From the NCBI GenBank assembly GCA_043228905.1, contig JBHGNT010000016.1, positions 5,518,001 through 5,582,000 on the forward strand: DNA of 64,000 bases, read 5' to 3'. Made by a program: the position numbers and the translations under genes. Within the stretch, counting starts at the first letter, position 1, and every line of letters begins with the position of its first letter. Below, one piece after another: positions 23,296 through 35,562 of the stretch. This DNA comes from Azolla caroliniana (Eukaryota; Plantae; Polypodiophyta). The notes under the pieces were generated by a model. It was given only the letters and a program-made list of their open reading frames with translations. It was not told the DNA's origin and made no database searches.

Positions 23296-24926
23296 CAGGG
23301 CCTAAATTTGATGCGTTAGTATTAAAGTTTTTTGACGGGCATTTTTTAAAGATTTATGTAATATGACATAAGATTGCAAAAACTAACATGTGATTTGACA
23401 TACAAATTTTAAGACCTAATACTCACCTTTTCTATACTAACCTAATTTTTTAAATAAAGCATACTAATAAGTATGAAAAATAACAGGTTAGTAAAAAAAT
23501 TTATTTGTAACTTAAAAAAAATAGTTTAATTTTTTTTAGTTCTAACTTAAAACTTAAACATTAAAATCAAACCTAGAGTCTATACAATAGAGTATTTACT
23601 AAATGTTATTGTTTAAAATTTAAATCAAATTTCAACTTATATTACAGACTACAGTTGACATTCGGTTAAGTGTGTGCCACTTAAGTGCACCATTCTATTA
23701 AGTGCGCCTTTTTATATATATAGAGGTCAAAATCCAGATAATTTTTTTACATTGTTTCATGACAAAATTACATTAAACCAAATTGAAACTATGTTCCAAA
23801 CATTCCGAAACAACAAAAGAAGTTTTTGTGTCTATGTCTATGTCTATGTCTATGTGTGTGTCATGTGTTCTATGTGTGTGTGTGTGTATGATTATGAGTA
23901 TGTGATTTTGATTCTTCATTAAAGAACATAAGCAAAGGAGGGAAAACAATTCTTCATGATTGTGAATAGTCAAGTTTTTGCAGCGATCTGTCGTGAACGC
24001 GAGCTCTCCTTCTCCATGTGCAACAAAACTTCTGTCTATTGTCCTTCTCTTTCGGTGTGTGTCTGTGCCACGTGCGTGCATGCTCTTTTCCTGCATGATG
24101 AACGCCTCTCTCCTTCCCTCTCTCTTTCTTGTGCATCTTGTTTATTCTCAAAGATGATAGAAGTTGCAACCTGTGATTTGTCCATTGCTCCCCCACTCTC
24201 TTTTCCTGTCTCCTCCATCAACACTTCAATTCCTCAAACCTGTTGCCATTAGGAAGAAAACACAAGAAAAAAACTCATCGCATCCAAGGAAGTTCATTAG
24301 TTTTGTTGCATAATGGATGTATTCCTCAAACGTAGCAAAAAGGTGAAAACTAAAGGTAATCTAGAATCGAGAAAGAAATTGAAGAGAATGTATGCTGAAA
24401 CCAAAAACATTTCAGGTCAATTATATCACGTAAATTGATCACTTTGCTAATCAAGAATTGTATGATTAGAGCACAGAAGGAAAATATTTCAAAAAACCCT
24501 AAAAATTTCCAAAATTCCCTAATATGTTTTAGAAAACCCCTAACTGCACAGCTCAGTTAAGTGCACACGTCTTCCTTGTGTTCAAAGTGCGCACTTATTG
24601 TATTAGTAAAGAATAAATATTGAGAATATATCTTATAACTACATGATATTATTTTAAGCGTGTTATAAAAATAAATAAAAATAAAAATAATAGACGCACT
24701 TCATAAAATATTATTATTTATATGACAATATGTGACATATATAATATATATGACATGAAAAATGGAATTTTAGCATGTCATTTGACATGTATATTTTTGG
24801 TGGCCTTTCACATGAAAATAGAAATTTAAACTTTATATGTCACTTGACGGATATTTTTATTAGGTGTATGTTTTTGATGGGCAAAATGGCCTTTGACAGG
24901 CATGACACCTGTCAATTTTTTGCCGG
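23296..24926 (+). mobile_element. Non-autonomous hAT-like DNA transposon
   Basis: 8-bp TSD CTTCGGAC (23288-23295)/CTCCGGAC (24927-24934); degenerate TIRs CAGGGCCTAAATTTGA / TCAATTTTTTGCCGG; TGAC-rich subterminal regions; removal restores the host reading frame. Confidence 0.7.
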
Positions 24927-25365
24927 CTCCGGACGAGAAGGTTGGCGTTTCACAAAAATCCCACTCCACATCCATGACAAATGTTGTGCCATTGCTAAGA
25001 TTGGCGACACCACCTCCACCGATGCCATCTCCCTCGTCCCCGACGAGTTCGTCAAGTGGGCTCACAACCACATACCAGTTCAGTGGGCCCATGAGTTCGT
25101 TAGATGGATCAAGGACTGACAAATGAGACCCAAACCGGTTGCTAATTTTGCCTGGTTCCTCACTAGGTACCTGGGCGTGAAGTTCAACATTGGTCCTCCG
25201 GCCCCTCCTTACATACATTGCCATGAACGATACTGGAAAGTGAGCATCCCTACCTGAACTAATCGCCTTTGCATCCCTGAGTGAGAATTCTTACGAGTCC
25301 ATCAAGGTGAACGCAAGCACCCACTAGCACACAAACAACCGCCAATAACACACGTGGTGGCCAAA

Positions 25366-25738
25366 AACACCTTGGACACCGTTGAGGATGTCACCTAGCA
25401 CACCAAACAATTTCAGACACACGAATTCACCCGGATGGAGGTCCAGGAACTGTCTTTGAGATTCTATTACGTGTCTCACCATTCTGCTACCATTGCCCCT
25501 TGTGCTCGGAGTTGCACCTCCGAAACAGTCCTCCGCAACCCTACCAAGTGAGAACACCTTGGACACCGTCGAGGATGTCTCCTAGCACACCAAACAATTT
25601 CAGAAACGCGAATTCACCCAGATGGAGGTCCATGAACTATCTTTGAGATTCTATTACGTGTGTCACCATGCTACTACCATTGCCCCTTGTGCTCGGAGTT
25701 GCACCTCCGAAACAGTCCTCCGCAGGCCTACCAAGCCA
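25366..25738 (+). repeat. Tandem duplication, ~187-bp unit x2
   Basis: AACACCTTGGACACCG...CCTACCAAG is present twice with scattered substitutions. Confidence 0.9.
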
Positions 25739-27319
25739 GTGGACCTACCCCGGCCACCTTCGACGATATCCCTTCTCGACGAGACCCCGAGACCCTCGCC
25801 TCCCACAACCACCACCCGCCCACCCACCACACCTCATGACAACACGGCCCAACCGGATGAACCCTCCACCAATTGGCCACATAAGCTCGCTCGCCACAAC
25901 TCCCCTCTGCCCTCCACCCTCCACCCTCCGTCTCCATGACATTGAGCTTGGGCTCCCTTCACTCCCGGCCGAGGATCCTCAACCCCACAACTAACAATCA
26001 GCAACGGTTTGGTTTGAGAGTGTCAAAATCGAACCATTCAAAAAATTTGGAGCTTGAACGGAACTAAACTAAACTATTTAAAAAATCCACACCATTAAAC
26101 TGTTAAAACTGCGGTTTCATAGTTTGGTTTCAGTGTTTAAAATTAAAAATTAAAAATTTTAAGTTTTAAAAATTTAGAATATTTCATTATTTTAAATTTT
26201 AAATTTTCAAAATTTTTAAGATTTTCCTAAAATGTGAGAATAAGGCTTGAAAATGAAAAGATTGTTTAAGGCCACTTTCGACCTCCTCAAGGCCCAATTG
26301 CTCGCCGAACAAACCACTCGTCAACAACTTGAAGAGGAGTTGACAAGTGGTACCAACGTATGACTTCCGAGGAGGCCCGCCAACTCCACCAAACCACAGG
26401 TCGCAATCGATCCAGAGTGGGATCCCAACTCTCCAGATGATGCCGACCCGAGTATGGTACGACCTAGTGAACACCCGTTGACAGATGCTCTAGAACCCAA
26501 TATCATTGCCTGGATGTGTTTCATAGAAGCCCTACTATTTCAAAGAAACCAAAGGTGTAGACTTTAGTTTTTTACAATTGCAAAGCTTAAATGTTAAACA
26601 TCGAAGAATTATCTGAAAGTATATATTACATTTTCGTACTCAATTACTAAGGCATCCAAAGGTTCAAAGGTCTACCCAATGTTAAGGTATACTTTCTTCC
26701 GTGGGTCTCTAATGTCAGAAAAATAAAATGGCAAAATCGAGAATAAAATAATTATATCCTCATTGTCTACACATATATTTCCATACATATTAACTACATA
26801 AATACACAAATGCAGAAATACATAAATCCATAAATTCATGAACCAGAAGACACCTCATTTGTCAGCAAGAGGACACTTGTGAACCTTTTGCTTACCAGTT
26901 TTCATTGCTCAGAACTTATTCATTTTATAAACATTTAATTTCTATGGGAGGTAGAACTATCGATGGGATCAAGACCCCTTTACCATGGATATTGATGAAT
27001 ACATGATAAGGACTCTAAATTATAGTTTTTCCAATGAGTATTTCGTGTCAATGAAGATGTCATTAATCTCATTAAGGAGGGTAAGGATTTTCTTGAGTGT
27101 TGATTAATATGCATAATGAAGTAGAGCCACAAATAAGAACTCTATGTAAGAGTTTTCCAATGAGCATTTACTATCAATGAAGGTCTCATTGAGCTAGCTA
27201 AGGAGAGAGAGAGAGAGAGAATTGCAAACAACTAAAAGAGTTTTGAGAACTTTTTCCAAAGCTTTGCAAACTGGATGCGTCAAAAACGTAACTAAAATAG
27301 AAAGCAACATAAAAGATAT

Positions 27320-28453
27320 ATATATATATATATTTCCAAAATGAAGCTACTTTCCCATTAGTTAGGAAGGATTATTACAAAGAGACTATACATAGATCGG
27401 GGAATCTCCCTCCGATCAAGTTCAAGAAAATGAGACTAGTTACATCGCCTTACGGACTGACTACTTAATCTACGCACCTATAGCTAAAAACGGTGCCCTT
27501 CAGTGATGGCTAGTACGAGACAACCCCTGGGGTTGACAACGAAGGGAGGGTGGTAAGTGAGTCGGAAACAACTAGCATGGGGGGTGGTAGTTCCACCTCG
27601 GGCCACTTCCTCCTTGTGTCACCATAGGCGTGTTCCGCCATTTCTGCCAAAAGTGCAAATGGGCAGTAACCACGTCATTGGAATGGTTGCAAACCTCATC
27701 CAATTGCCCTCGTAGGTAGCTGATAAGCGTAAACCATATGTCCATGATCACTTCCTCTGGGGCCGCACTAGATCCTGAAAGACCTTTAGGCAACACGCTT
27801 TCCATACATACCATAGGGTGAAGCTTGCGATCAACATCCAAATGTTCGGGAACCTAGGGGATGCGGACTGCAAGCCTCTCTCAAATCGAATCTTGGCGAT
27901 TTTGCCTCTCATGCATACGTAGCACCAACTATCCACATTGAGGGATTCCGTCCACCTATCAACGGAGTGATCAAGCCATGCCGCAACACTCCACGATATT
28001 GTTCCTTCCACTTCACATGCCGCAAGGAGGCGAGTCACTCTATCCCATACCTTTTGAGCTTGAGGGCAATCCCATAGACAATGCCTCAGAGTCTCAATAG
28101 GTGAATGGCAAAGTAGGCAGCCTAATGGGCCGCCACATTTACCTAGCCATTCGCCAACGGGAACCACATTATGACCAATTTGCCACCAAAAAAACTTTAT
28201 CTTTTCTGGCATGTGGAGACACTAGAGACCCTTCCAAAAGGTAATGAGCACCTCATCAGGGATGCCCAATGTATGCCAACCATTGTGTAAGGGGCCGTCT
28301 AGCTGCAGTTGAAAAGTCCGGCCTAGTTTAGTGTTGTACTCAAAGAAATGGCGAAATTTGCCATCATGTTTCCACCTGAAATCCCTTGGGTCCCATGGGA
28401 TGTTTCTAAGGTGGAACCCCATTAGAAGTTATGGGTATATGGTTGTCGTCCCC
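27320..28453 (-). mobile_element. 5'-truncated copy of the same L1 family with a 5' inversion
   Basis: Homologous to 3826-4896; 16-bp TSD GCAACATAAAAGATAT (27304-27319, 28454-28469); 28398-28453 is the reverse complement of 4911-4966. Confidence 0.92.
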
Positions 28454-28513
28454 GCAACATAAAAGATATTGGATTTCCTAAGAGTTGTTTATTAGTAAGG
28501 TCATTGTTTTGGA

Positions 28514-28768
28514 CATAGTACGTAATATACTCGAATGCATTAGGCAAACAGTCCTTTTTCATACGAATGAAATCGAATGCGTATGTTATCAAAACATTCT
28601 TATGTGTTTTTTTTTACACTTTTTACCTTAACTTTAAATTTATTTTTTTTAACTTATAATAAATAATGAATACAAAAGTATGGTATTTACCATACGTCAA
28701 GGGTGTTTACCATACTCGAATGATAAAAAACATGCGAGAATGCGAATGCACGTATGGTTCATACTATG
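28514..28768. mobile_element. Putative MITE with CATAGTA TIRs upstream of the PPR gene
   Basis: CATAGTACG...CATACTATG termini, internal CGAATG/CATACG repeats; no clear TSD. Confidence 0.4.
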
Positions 28769-29193
28769 GAACTTTTGAACCCCAACACCATCTTAATTCA
28801 GTCTTTGGGATAGCTTGCTCCCAAAAGCCATGGTATCTTAAAACCCTACTGATCAGGAATGCCACCATTCCTGTTTTTAGTTTTTCCTGTGGATCATATT
28901 ACTAGCCTCTGAAGGCCGAACAGTAATTAATCATAAAGGACTTGCAGGATGGAATCAGCTTGAAAGACTTATGAAAAAACCATGTTGTCGCCTTTGCTGT
29001 TTCTGACTTGGTGGAGCAGAGATAATTGCTGATTTAAGAACACCACCATTCATATTTTCATCTGTAGCAAGACGGTAAGGAATCAGAAAACTTGTCACTT
29101 ATTGCTTCTTTAGCGGTGGTTCTGATCATCAAATTTGAAGGCATAGAGCTAGAACACATGCTGTTTCTCTCCTATTATCTGTAATGGCCCAAC

Positions 29194-31800
29194 ATGAGAA
29201 AAATTACAAGGAGATCGGTGCATTCTGAGAATCCTAAGCAGGAATTGATATTCGTGGAGTCACTCAAAGCTTGTGCCAAGACGAAGGATCTGTTTAGAGG
29301 TGCCAGGTTACATGATGATATCCTGAGAAGGGGGTTACTTGAAAAGAGCACCTACATAGCCAGTACTTTAATAAGTATGTATGCTAAATGTGGTGCTCTT
29401 GCAAAAGCTCAACAAGTGCTCGAAGAGCTTCCTATTCGAGACATAATCTCTTGGAATGCCTTAGTTTCAGGGTATGCCAATCAAGGGCAAGCCCATGAAG
29501 CATTTAGCTGTTTCAAAAGAATGCAAATGGATGGCTTCTCTCCGAATGTTGTCACCTTCACATGCATCCTTAAAGCTTGTGGCTGTATAAGAGATATAGA
29601 AAAGGGCAAACAAATTCATGATGAAATTGTCAATAGGGGTTTGTTAGAGAAAAATGTCGCCCTTGGCAATGCGTTGGTGGATATGTATGCCAAATGTGGC
29701 ATGCTTGCAAAAGCACTAGAAGTGCTTGAGGACCTTCCAATGAGAAATGTAATCTCATGGTCAACACTCATCTCAGGATATACCCAGCAAGGTCAGGGTT
29801 CTCAAGCACTTGGCTTCTTTGAAAGAATGCAGGGAGAGGGAATTTCGCCAGATGAGGTCACCTACACTTGCATTTTGAAGGCCTGTGGTCTCATAGGAGC
29901 CCTTGATAAGGGTAAGCAAATTCATGATGAGGTTATTAAGCAGGGGTTATTAGAGAAAAGTCTTGTGCTTGGGAATTCTTTAGTGGATATGTATGTCAAA
30001 TTTGGGCTACTCACGAAAGCACAGCAAGTGCTCGAAGATCTTCCAGTTCGAGATGTAATCACTTGGTCAACATTAATTGCAGGATATACTCGTCAAGAGC
30101 AAGGTGATAAAGCACTTGGCTGTTTTCAAAGGATGCAAAGAGAGGGCCTCTCTCCAAACGTGGTTACCCTTATTTGCATTCTGAATGCCTGTAGTATCAC
30201 TAGATCCATTGACAAAGGTAAACAAATTCATGATAACATTATCAATAGGGGTTTGCTAGAGAAACATATGGGGCTTGGCAATGCCCTAGTGGATATGTAT
30301 GCCAAATGTGGAGCTCTGGAAAAAGCATGGCAAGTTCTTGAAGAGCTTCCTGCTAGAGACGTGGTGTCTTGGAATGCACTAATAACAGGCTATGCACAGC
30401 TAGAGCAAGCCCAGGAGGCACTTGGGTGCTTTAAACAGATGCAATGGGAGGGTCTCTGTCCGAATGAGATCACCTTTGTTTCTGTCTTGAAGGCTTGTGG
30501 CCATGCAGAAGCTACTGATACAGGCAAACAAATTCATGAGGAGATTATTGACAGAGGCGTTCTCGACAAGAATCTTGTTCTTGGCACTGCTTTGGTGGAC
30601 ATGTACTCCAGATGTGGAATGCTTGCAAAAGCACATCAAATTCTTGAATATCTTCATGATCGTGATACCATCTGCTGGAATGTACTCATTGCAGGGTATG
30701 CTCAGCAACAACAAGATTGTGAAGCTCTAATGTGCTTCGAACAGATGCAAAGGGAATCCATCTCTCCTGATGAGTTCACTTTCGTTTCCATCTTGAAGGT
30801 TTGTGGCAACATAAAAGATATCGACAAGGGCAAACAAATTCATGATAAGATTGTCTCTAGAGGCTTGTTGGATCAAAACATCATCCTTGGCAATGGTTTG
30901 GAAGACATGTACTCTAAATGTGGTGCACTTGCAGAAGCTCAACAAGTGCTGAAAAACCTTCCTGTTCGAGATGTAGTATCTTGGAACACACTAATCTCAG
31001 GGTATGCTCAAGAGGAACAAGGTCATGAAGCACTTACATGCTTTGCACAGATGCAATGGGAAGGACACTCTCCAAATGAGATTACTTTCATTTGCATTCT
31101 CAAGGCTTGTGGCAGCATTGGAGCTGTAGACAAGGGAAAAGAAATTCATGATAGAATTGTTGGCGGGAGGCTGTTGGAGAAAAATACTATGCTTGGCACC
31201 ACACTGGTGGATATGTATGCCAAATGTGGTATGCTTGCAAAAGCACATAAAGTGCTTCAACAGCTTCCCATGCGAGACACAGTCTCTTGGAATGCATTGA
31301 TCGCAGGATATGCACAAGAAGGTTATTGTGATGAAACCCTGGACTGTGTTGAACAAATGGAACTCGAGGGGTTCTCACCAAATGAAGTAACTTTCCTATG
31401 TGTATTGAGTGCATGTAGTCACTCAGGTAAGTTGGACAAGGCCCAAATGTATTATGAGAATATGAGCAGAAAACATGGTATAACACTGAAGCCCGAACAC
31501 CATGCTTGCATGGTGATGGTTTTTGGAAATGCGGGGAGGTTTGATAAGGCAATGTCCATGATCAAGACGATGCCGTCTTCAGAAAATCCTTCAGTTTGGC
31601 TTTCACTGTTAGGTTCTTGTAGAAAATGGGGAAATGTGAAGCTTGGGAGATTGGCTTTTGAACAAGCAATACATCTAGACAGCAATCTTGCAGCAGCTTA
31701 TGTCTTAATGGTTAATATCTATGTAACTGCTGGTATGCATGAAGATGCTGAAAAGGTGGAGGATATGAAAGCCAAAATGATCACTTTTGGAAAAAGGTAG
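29194..31800 (+). CDS. PLS-class pentatricopeptide repeat protein, E subgroup (putative organellar RNA-editing specificity factor), 868 aa
   Basis: Intact single-exon ORF: L-S-(P-L-S)x6-P2-L2-S2 = 23 motifs (MYAKCG, SWNALI, TFVSILKAC), then E1 (WLSLLGSCRKWGN) and a short E2 (AAYVLMVNIY); no DYW domain. The true start could lie in an upstream exon. Confidence 0.95.
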   Translation: MRKITRRSVHSENPKQELIFVESLKACAKTKDLFRGARLHDDILRRGLLEKSTYIASTLISMYAKCGALAKAQQVLEELPIRDIISWNALVSGYANQGQAHEAFSCFKRMQMDGFSPNVVTFTCILKACGCIRDIEKGKQIHDEIVNRGLLEKNVALGNALVDMYAKCGMLAKALEVLEDLPMRNVISWSTLISGYTQQGQGSQALGFFERMQGEGISPDEVTYTCILKACGLIGALDKGKQIHDEVIKQGLLEKSLVLGNSLVDMYVKFGLLTKAQQVLEDLPVRDVITWSTLIAGYTRQEQGDKALGCFQRMQREGLSPNVVTLICILNACSITRSIDKGKQIHDNIINRGLLEKHMGLGNALVDMYAKCGALEKAWQVLEELPARDVVSWNALITGYAQLEQAQEALGCFKQMQWEGLCPNEITFVSVLKACGHAEATDTGKQIHEEIIDRGVLDKNLVLGTALVDMYSRCGMLAKAHQILEYLHDRDTICWNVLIAGYAQQQQDCEALMCFEQMQRESISPDEFTFVSILKVCGNIKDIDKGKQIHDKIVSRGLLDQNIILGNGLEDMYSKCGALAEAQQVLKNLPVRDVVSWNTLISGYAQEEQGHEALTCFAQMQWEGHSPNEITFICILKACGSIGAVDKGKEIHDRIVGGRLLEKNTMLGTTLVDMYAKCGMLAKAHKVLQQLPMRDTVSWNALIAGYAQEGYCDETLDCVEQMELEGFSPNEVTFLCVLSACSHSGKLDKAQMYYENMSRKHGITLKPEHHACMVMVFGNAGRFDKAMSMIKTMPSSENPSVWLSLLGSCRKWGNVKLGRLAFEQAIHLDSNLAAAYVLMVNIYVTAGMHEDAEKVEDMKAKMITFGKR

Positions 31801-34480
31801 GTTGATCATTTTTTATCAGGAATGGGCAACTGACATAATATGGAAGCAAGTATGATAAGAAAACAATGAAGATGCTGGAAAAGTGGAGGATATGAAAGTT
31901 AACATCACACTTTCAGAAAATGTTAGGCTGGCCTATTTCTATTGGGAATCCAAAATAATTGTATGGCAACATGACATGATATCAAAGCAAGCATGGGAAG
32001 AAAGTGATGATGGCATCAGGTTGCTACCAACAGCAAAAAAATCTCAACGTGGAAAGATCAATTGAATGTTGTGCATTCTTGCTTCGACTTAACAAAGATG
32101 GAAACTGATTTTACTACATCAAACAAAAGCTTGCTTATAAGTTTGACCAGTTTTTGGATCAGTCCAGCTTGGCTTGGAATGACTATGGGGTAAGAATTCC
32201 CTTTCCTCCAATCCAAGACTGCACCTTTGCCAAAGGCACTGAGTGGGGTGGTATCTGCTGGATTATGACTGTCAATATTGGAAGATTATTGCTTTGCTAT
32301 AGGCTCAGCTAGGTGCATGGCTATCAATTCTTTAGTTTAAACCATTGGAGATCAAATCAACATGGATGCGGAAATGCACAATGGTAAAGATTCTTATGAT
32401 GAGCCAGATAATTCCAGTGTTGAGCTAGATTGGTTTCAAAGAGTTCGAGAGAAGCAATAGGATGCCTCAAGGAGATCTTTTTGTTTCATGATACTGAATC
32501 AAAATTCAGATGGTTCAGGAGAGGAAATTGGACGCCTCACAAAGAGATGATTGTTATTGTTATCTGATGTGATGATTTTGTGGGAGTGATGAATGTTGAG
32601 ATGCTCAACAAGCTCAAAATTCGAAAGAATCTCCAGAAAATAGAAGATTCGGCTCTTAAATGCTCTGGAATCGTCAATAAACTACAGTAAAAGGATTGTT
32701 CAAGATCTTGGAAAATCCTGAACAATCTTGGCTCAAAGCAATTTAAATCAACATAGAAGACCTCAAACTATTGATCTACCAAGTGGCTAGACTTATTGGA
32801 GGTCAGTCTCAATGAGGAAATTTCTTATGAGACATAGTATTGGAGTAGGCAGATTGGAGATGGTCTCATCATTAGGAATAACTTTAAATGGTTATTAAGA
32901 GTAACAATCAAATGGACTAATTCAGAGCAGATGAATTTTTTATGATGAGAGATGAATGGCAACAGATCTCATCATAATTTTAGATCAACAAGAAGCAAAG
33001 ACACCAATTCCAAGTTGATGGAAATTTTGAGATGCATGACAAAGATGGAAGAAAAAACATGGCGTGATAGTAGACTTCAGGAAAAGTTTGAGATGCTAGA
33101 CAACACTAAGGTAGCAAAATCCAGTATCCAATAGATGCATAGATATCATATCTAGACAAATGGAGGCCAGATAGGAAAATTTAAGTTCCAATTACAAACA
33201 TTTAGCATACAAATACACAAATGGTTTTACTGAGTAGTAAGCAACCGAATTGAGAAAAAGCATTAGAGTGAGGGCATCTTGCAAACTAATAGATAAAAAA
33301 TTAGTTAGATAGTTACATGGTTTAGGGAAATTCTGGTTATGGCAAAGCTCATGACAGTGTAAAGAGTTGAAAGAATCAACAATCAAGCAATTATGATCTT
33401 CCCAACTCCTAGGTGAGATGACAGTCTTCAATATAGCAAACACGTTGAAGTTTTGCTATGTTGAAGTGGCATCAAATGAACCAATCAATTATTGACCCCC
33501 AATGCACACAATTAGATGCCCAGCACATCGCGAAACTAGATCACCATAAGAGTAGATCCATTTGGTTTTCCGAATACAAATTTGGGATTTTCAAGTAGAG
33601 CTCATTGGAAAAAGAAGTTAAGAACCTCCATCACCATCTCGTACTATTAATCTCAAGCCTTTGGAGAAGTGTAATCACATGATTCTTTCATCATTTGAAT
33701 ACAACATTGGTCTAAGATAAGTGAAGCCTTATCGTTGTCCAAGGAACTAACCTATGGCTTTTCATATTAGCTTGTGACAGGTGATCAATGGTTGGTTTGT
33801 AATTTGGAAAGAATACATGAGATTGTAAGGCAGTGAGCGCATTCTATTTTGCAACTACATGTAGTATGTTATAGATGAACTTTTAAAGGTCATGTCACCC
33901 TTATGGAGTTGACCGTGTGTCTAGATGGTTGCATATTGCACCTAGAAAAAGCACGTGTTTGGATTATGCGATTACATAGTGCTTGGGTGAGGGGATATTC
34001 TTCTTTACACTTTCATGCCAATTGCATTTTCACCCTAGGTATTGACATCCTTTCCAAAGCAGGGCACCATGATACTCAGGTAGTCAGTTGCTCAAGATAA
34101 TATTAATCTATCTAATGATATGCCGAAAAGAGGGAAAAAGTCCCTCACTAATTGGCAATGTGACGTCTGATATGGTGCATCAAGTATTGGATGGCATATG
34201 GTGGAGTATCGGATGTCAGATTATGTACTTAGATTAAACAAGGTTCTACATTTCTTTGATAATGGTGAAGAAATGAATTTGCAGATGGTGGAACAAGAAA
34301 GCAGTCCCATAGCTTTTAAGTGGTGCTATGCATGATTAGAAAAGTAAACTGGTTTATTTCTTTGCGTCCATGTTACATGTACATTATACAATCCAAAATG
34401 AGTGCTATTTGTTTGCCACCATGGAATACAATTTATTGGCAGCAACAATAAGAAGTGTTCAATTTTACCCTTTTACCCTT

Positions 34481-34912
34481 TTTTTGTTGGGTGTTACCAT
34501 TAAATGGTAAGAAAGGAAAACTATATACGTTTTTCTATAATTCACCAAATGCACAAGATGAGACAATAATTTGGTCAGAAGGAGCCAGTTTTCTGGTCTA
34601 GTCTTTTCTCTCAGGACCGACTTACATCTTGATCCACCATGCATATGTGTCTCTAACAGTAGATTTGCTGGCTCTTTTTCTAGCATTGCTATTCATTTTT
34701 TGTTGGGTGTTAGCATTAAATGGTAAGAAAGGAAAACTATATATGTTTTTCTATAATTCACCAAATGCACAAGATGTGACAATAATTTGGGCAGAAGGAG
34801 CCAGTTTTCTGGTCTAGTCTTTTCTCTCAGGACCGACTTACATCTTGATCCACCATGCATATGTGTCTCTAACAGTAGATTTGCTAGCTCTTTTTCTAGC
34901 ATTGCTATTCAT
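34481..34912. repeat. Tandem duplication, 216-bp unit x2
   Basis: TTTTTGTTGGGTGTTA...ATTGCTATTCAT starts at 34481 and 34697, with few substitutions. Confidence 0.92.
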
Positions 34913-35562
34913 GATACCACTCTGGATTTGAGTAGAGCATTCAAACTTATGGCGCTATTGGCCCCTCGATTGGCAACGAGGAATAATGGGACATTGCAAA
35001 AGCTCTACGCATTACGCTCCTTCGCTTTTTCTCGCTCCCTACAGTTAAAACTCTACATTTCCTCTTTGTTTACAAGATCAGATGTATTCATAATATGACT
35101 TGTCCTTTGGAAACTTTGCATTTAGCACAATTACACATCCAATAAAACAAGAATATCCCTAATGAATTTTGAAGAATGATACAACAAGACCACTTCTTCA
35201 TATGAAACAAGCAGGACATCAGAATAACCTCTCTCTCTTTTTGGCATGGTAGACTTGTAAATTCCAGGGGGGGTGCAGGGGAGACATTTAAACACAGTAG
35301 TAAAAAGTAAGTAAAGAGTGCCTAGGTTCTATTCTTCTCCCTAGTGAAATTGACAAAGAACAAGGCATTGAGTAAAAATCTTCTTGGGAACAAAGAATGA
35401 TGTGTTTTTTTTGTAAGGATGGCTCTTCTTCGGATGGAAAAAGACCCATTTGGGTGTGTAAATGACCATTATATATAACAACAGGGAAAGTCTTGAGTTG
35501 AATGGGATAGCAGTAAATAGTTTTCCGAAGAATGATGATCCGAATTGAATGATCCGATTGTG

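Larger units (their letters stand above)
22880..26520 (+). pseudogene. Degenerate ORF of unknown function, probably a TE-borne extra ORF, split by insertions
   Basis: ORF 23097 (..DIIPATYNNYFG) joins in frame to 24934 (REGWRFTK..IPVQWAHEFVRW) once 23296-24926 is removed; Pro/Thr-rich and coiled-coil-like (FDLLKAQLLAEQTTRQQLEEEL) pieces lie downstream. Confidence 0.5.

Noticed and set aside
32100-33200. Purine-rich stretch as a possible DYW exon or LINE remnant downstream of the PPR gene
   Set aside because: No HxE, CxxC or DYW motifs were found in any frame I could read, and there are many stops.
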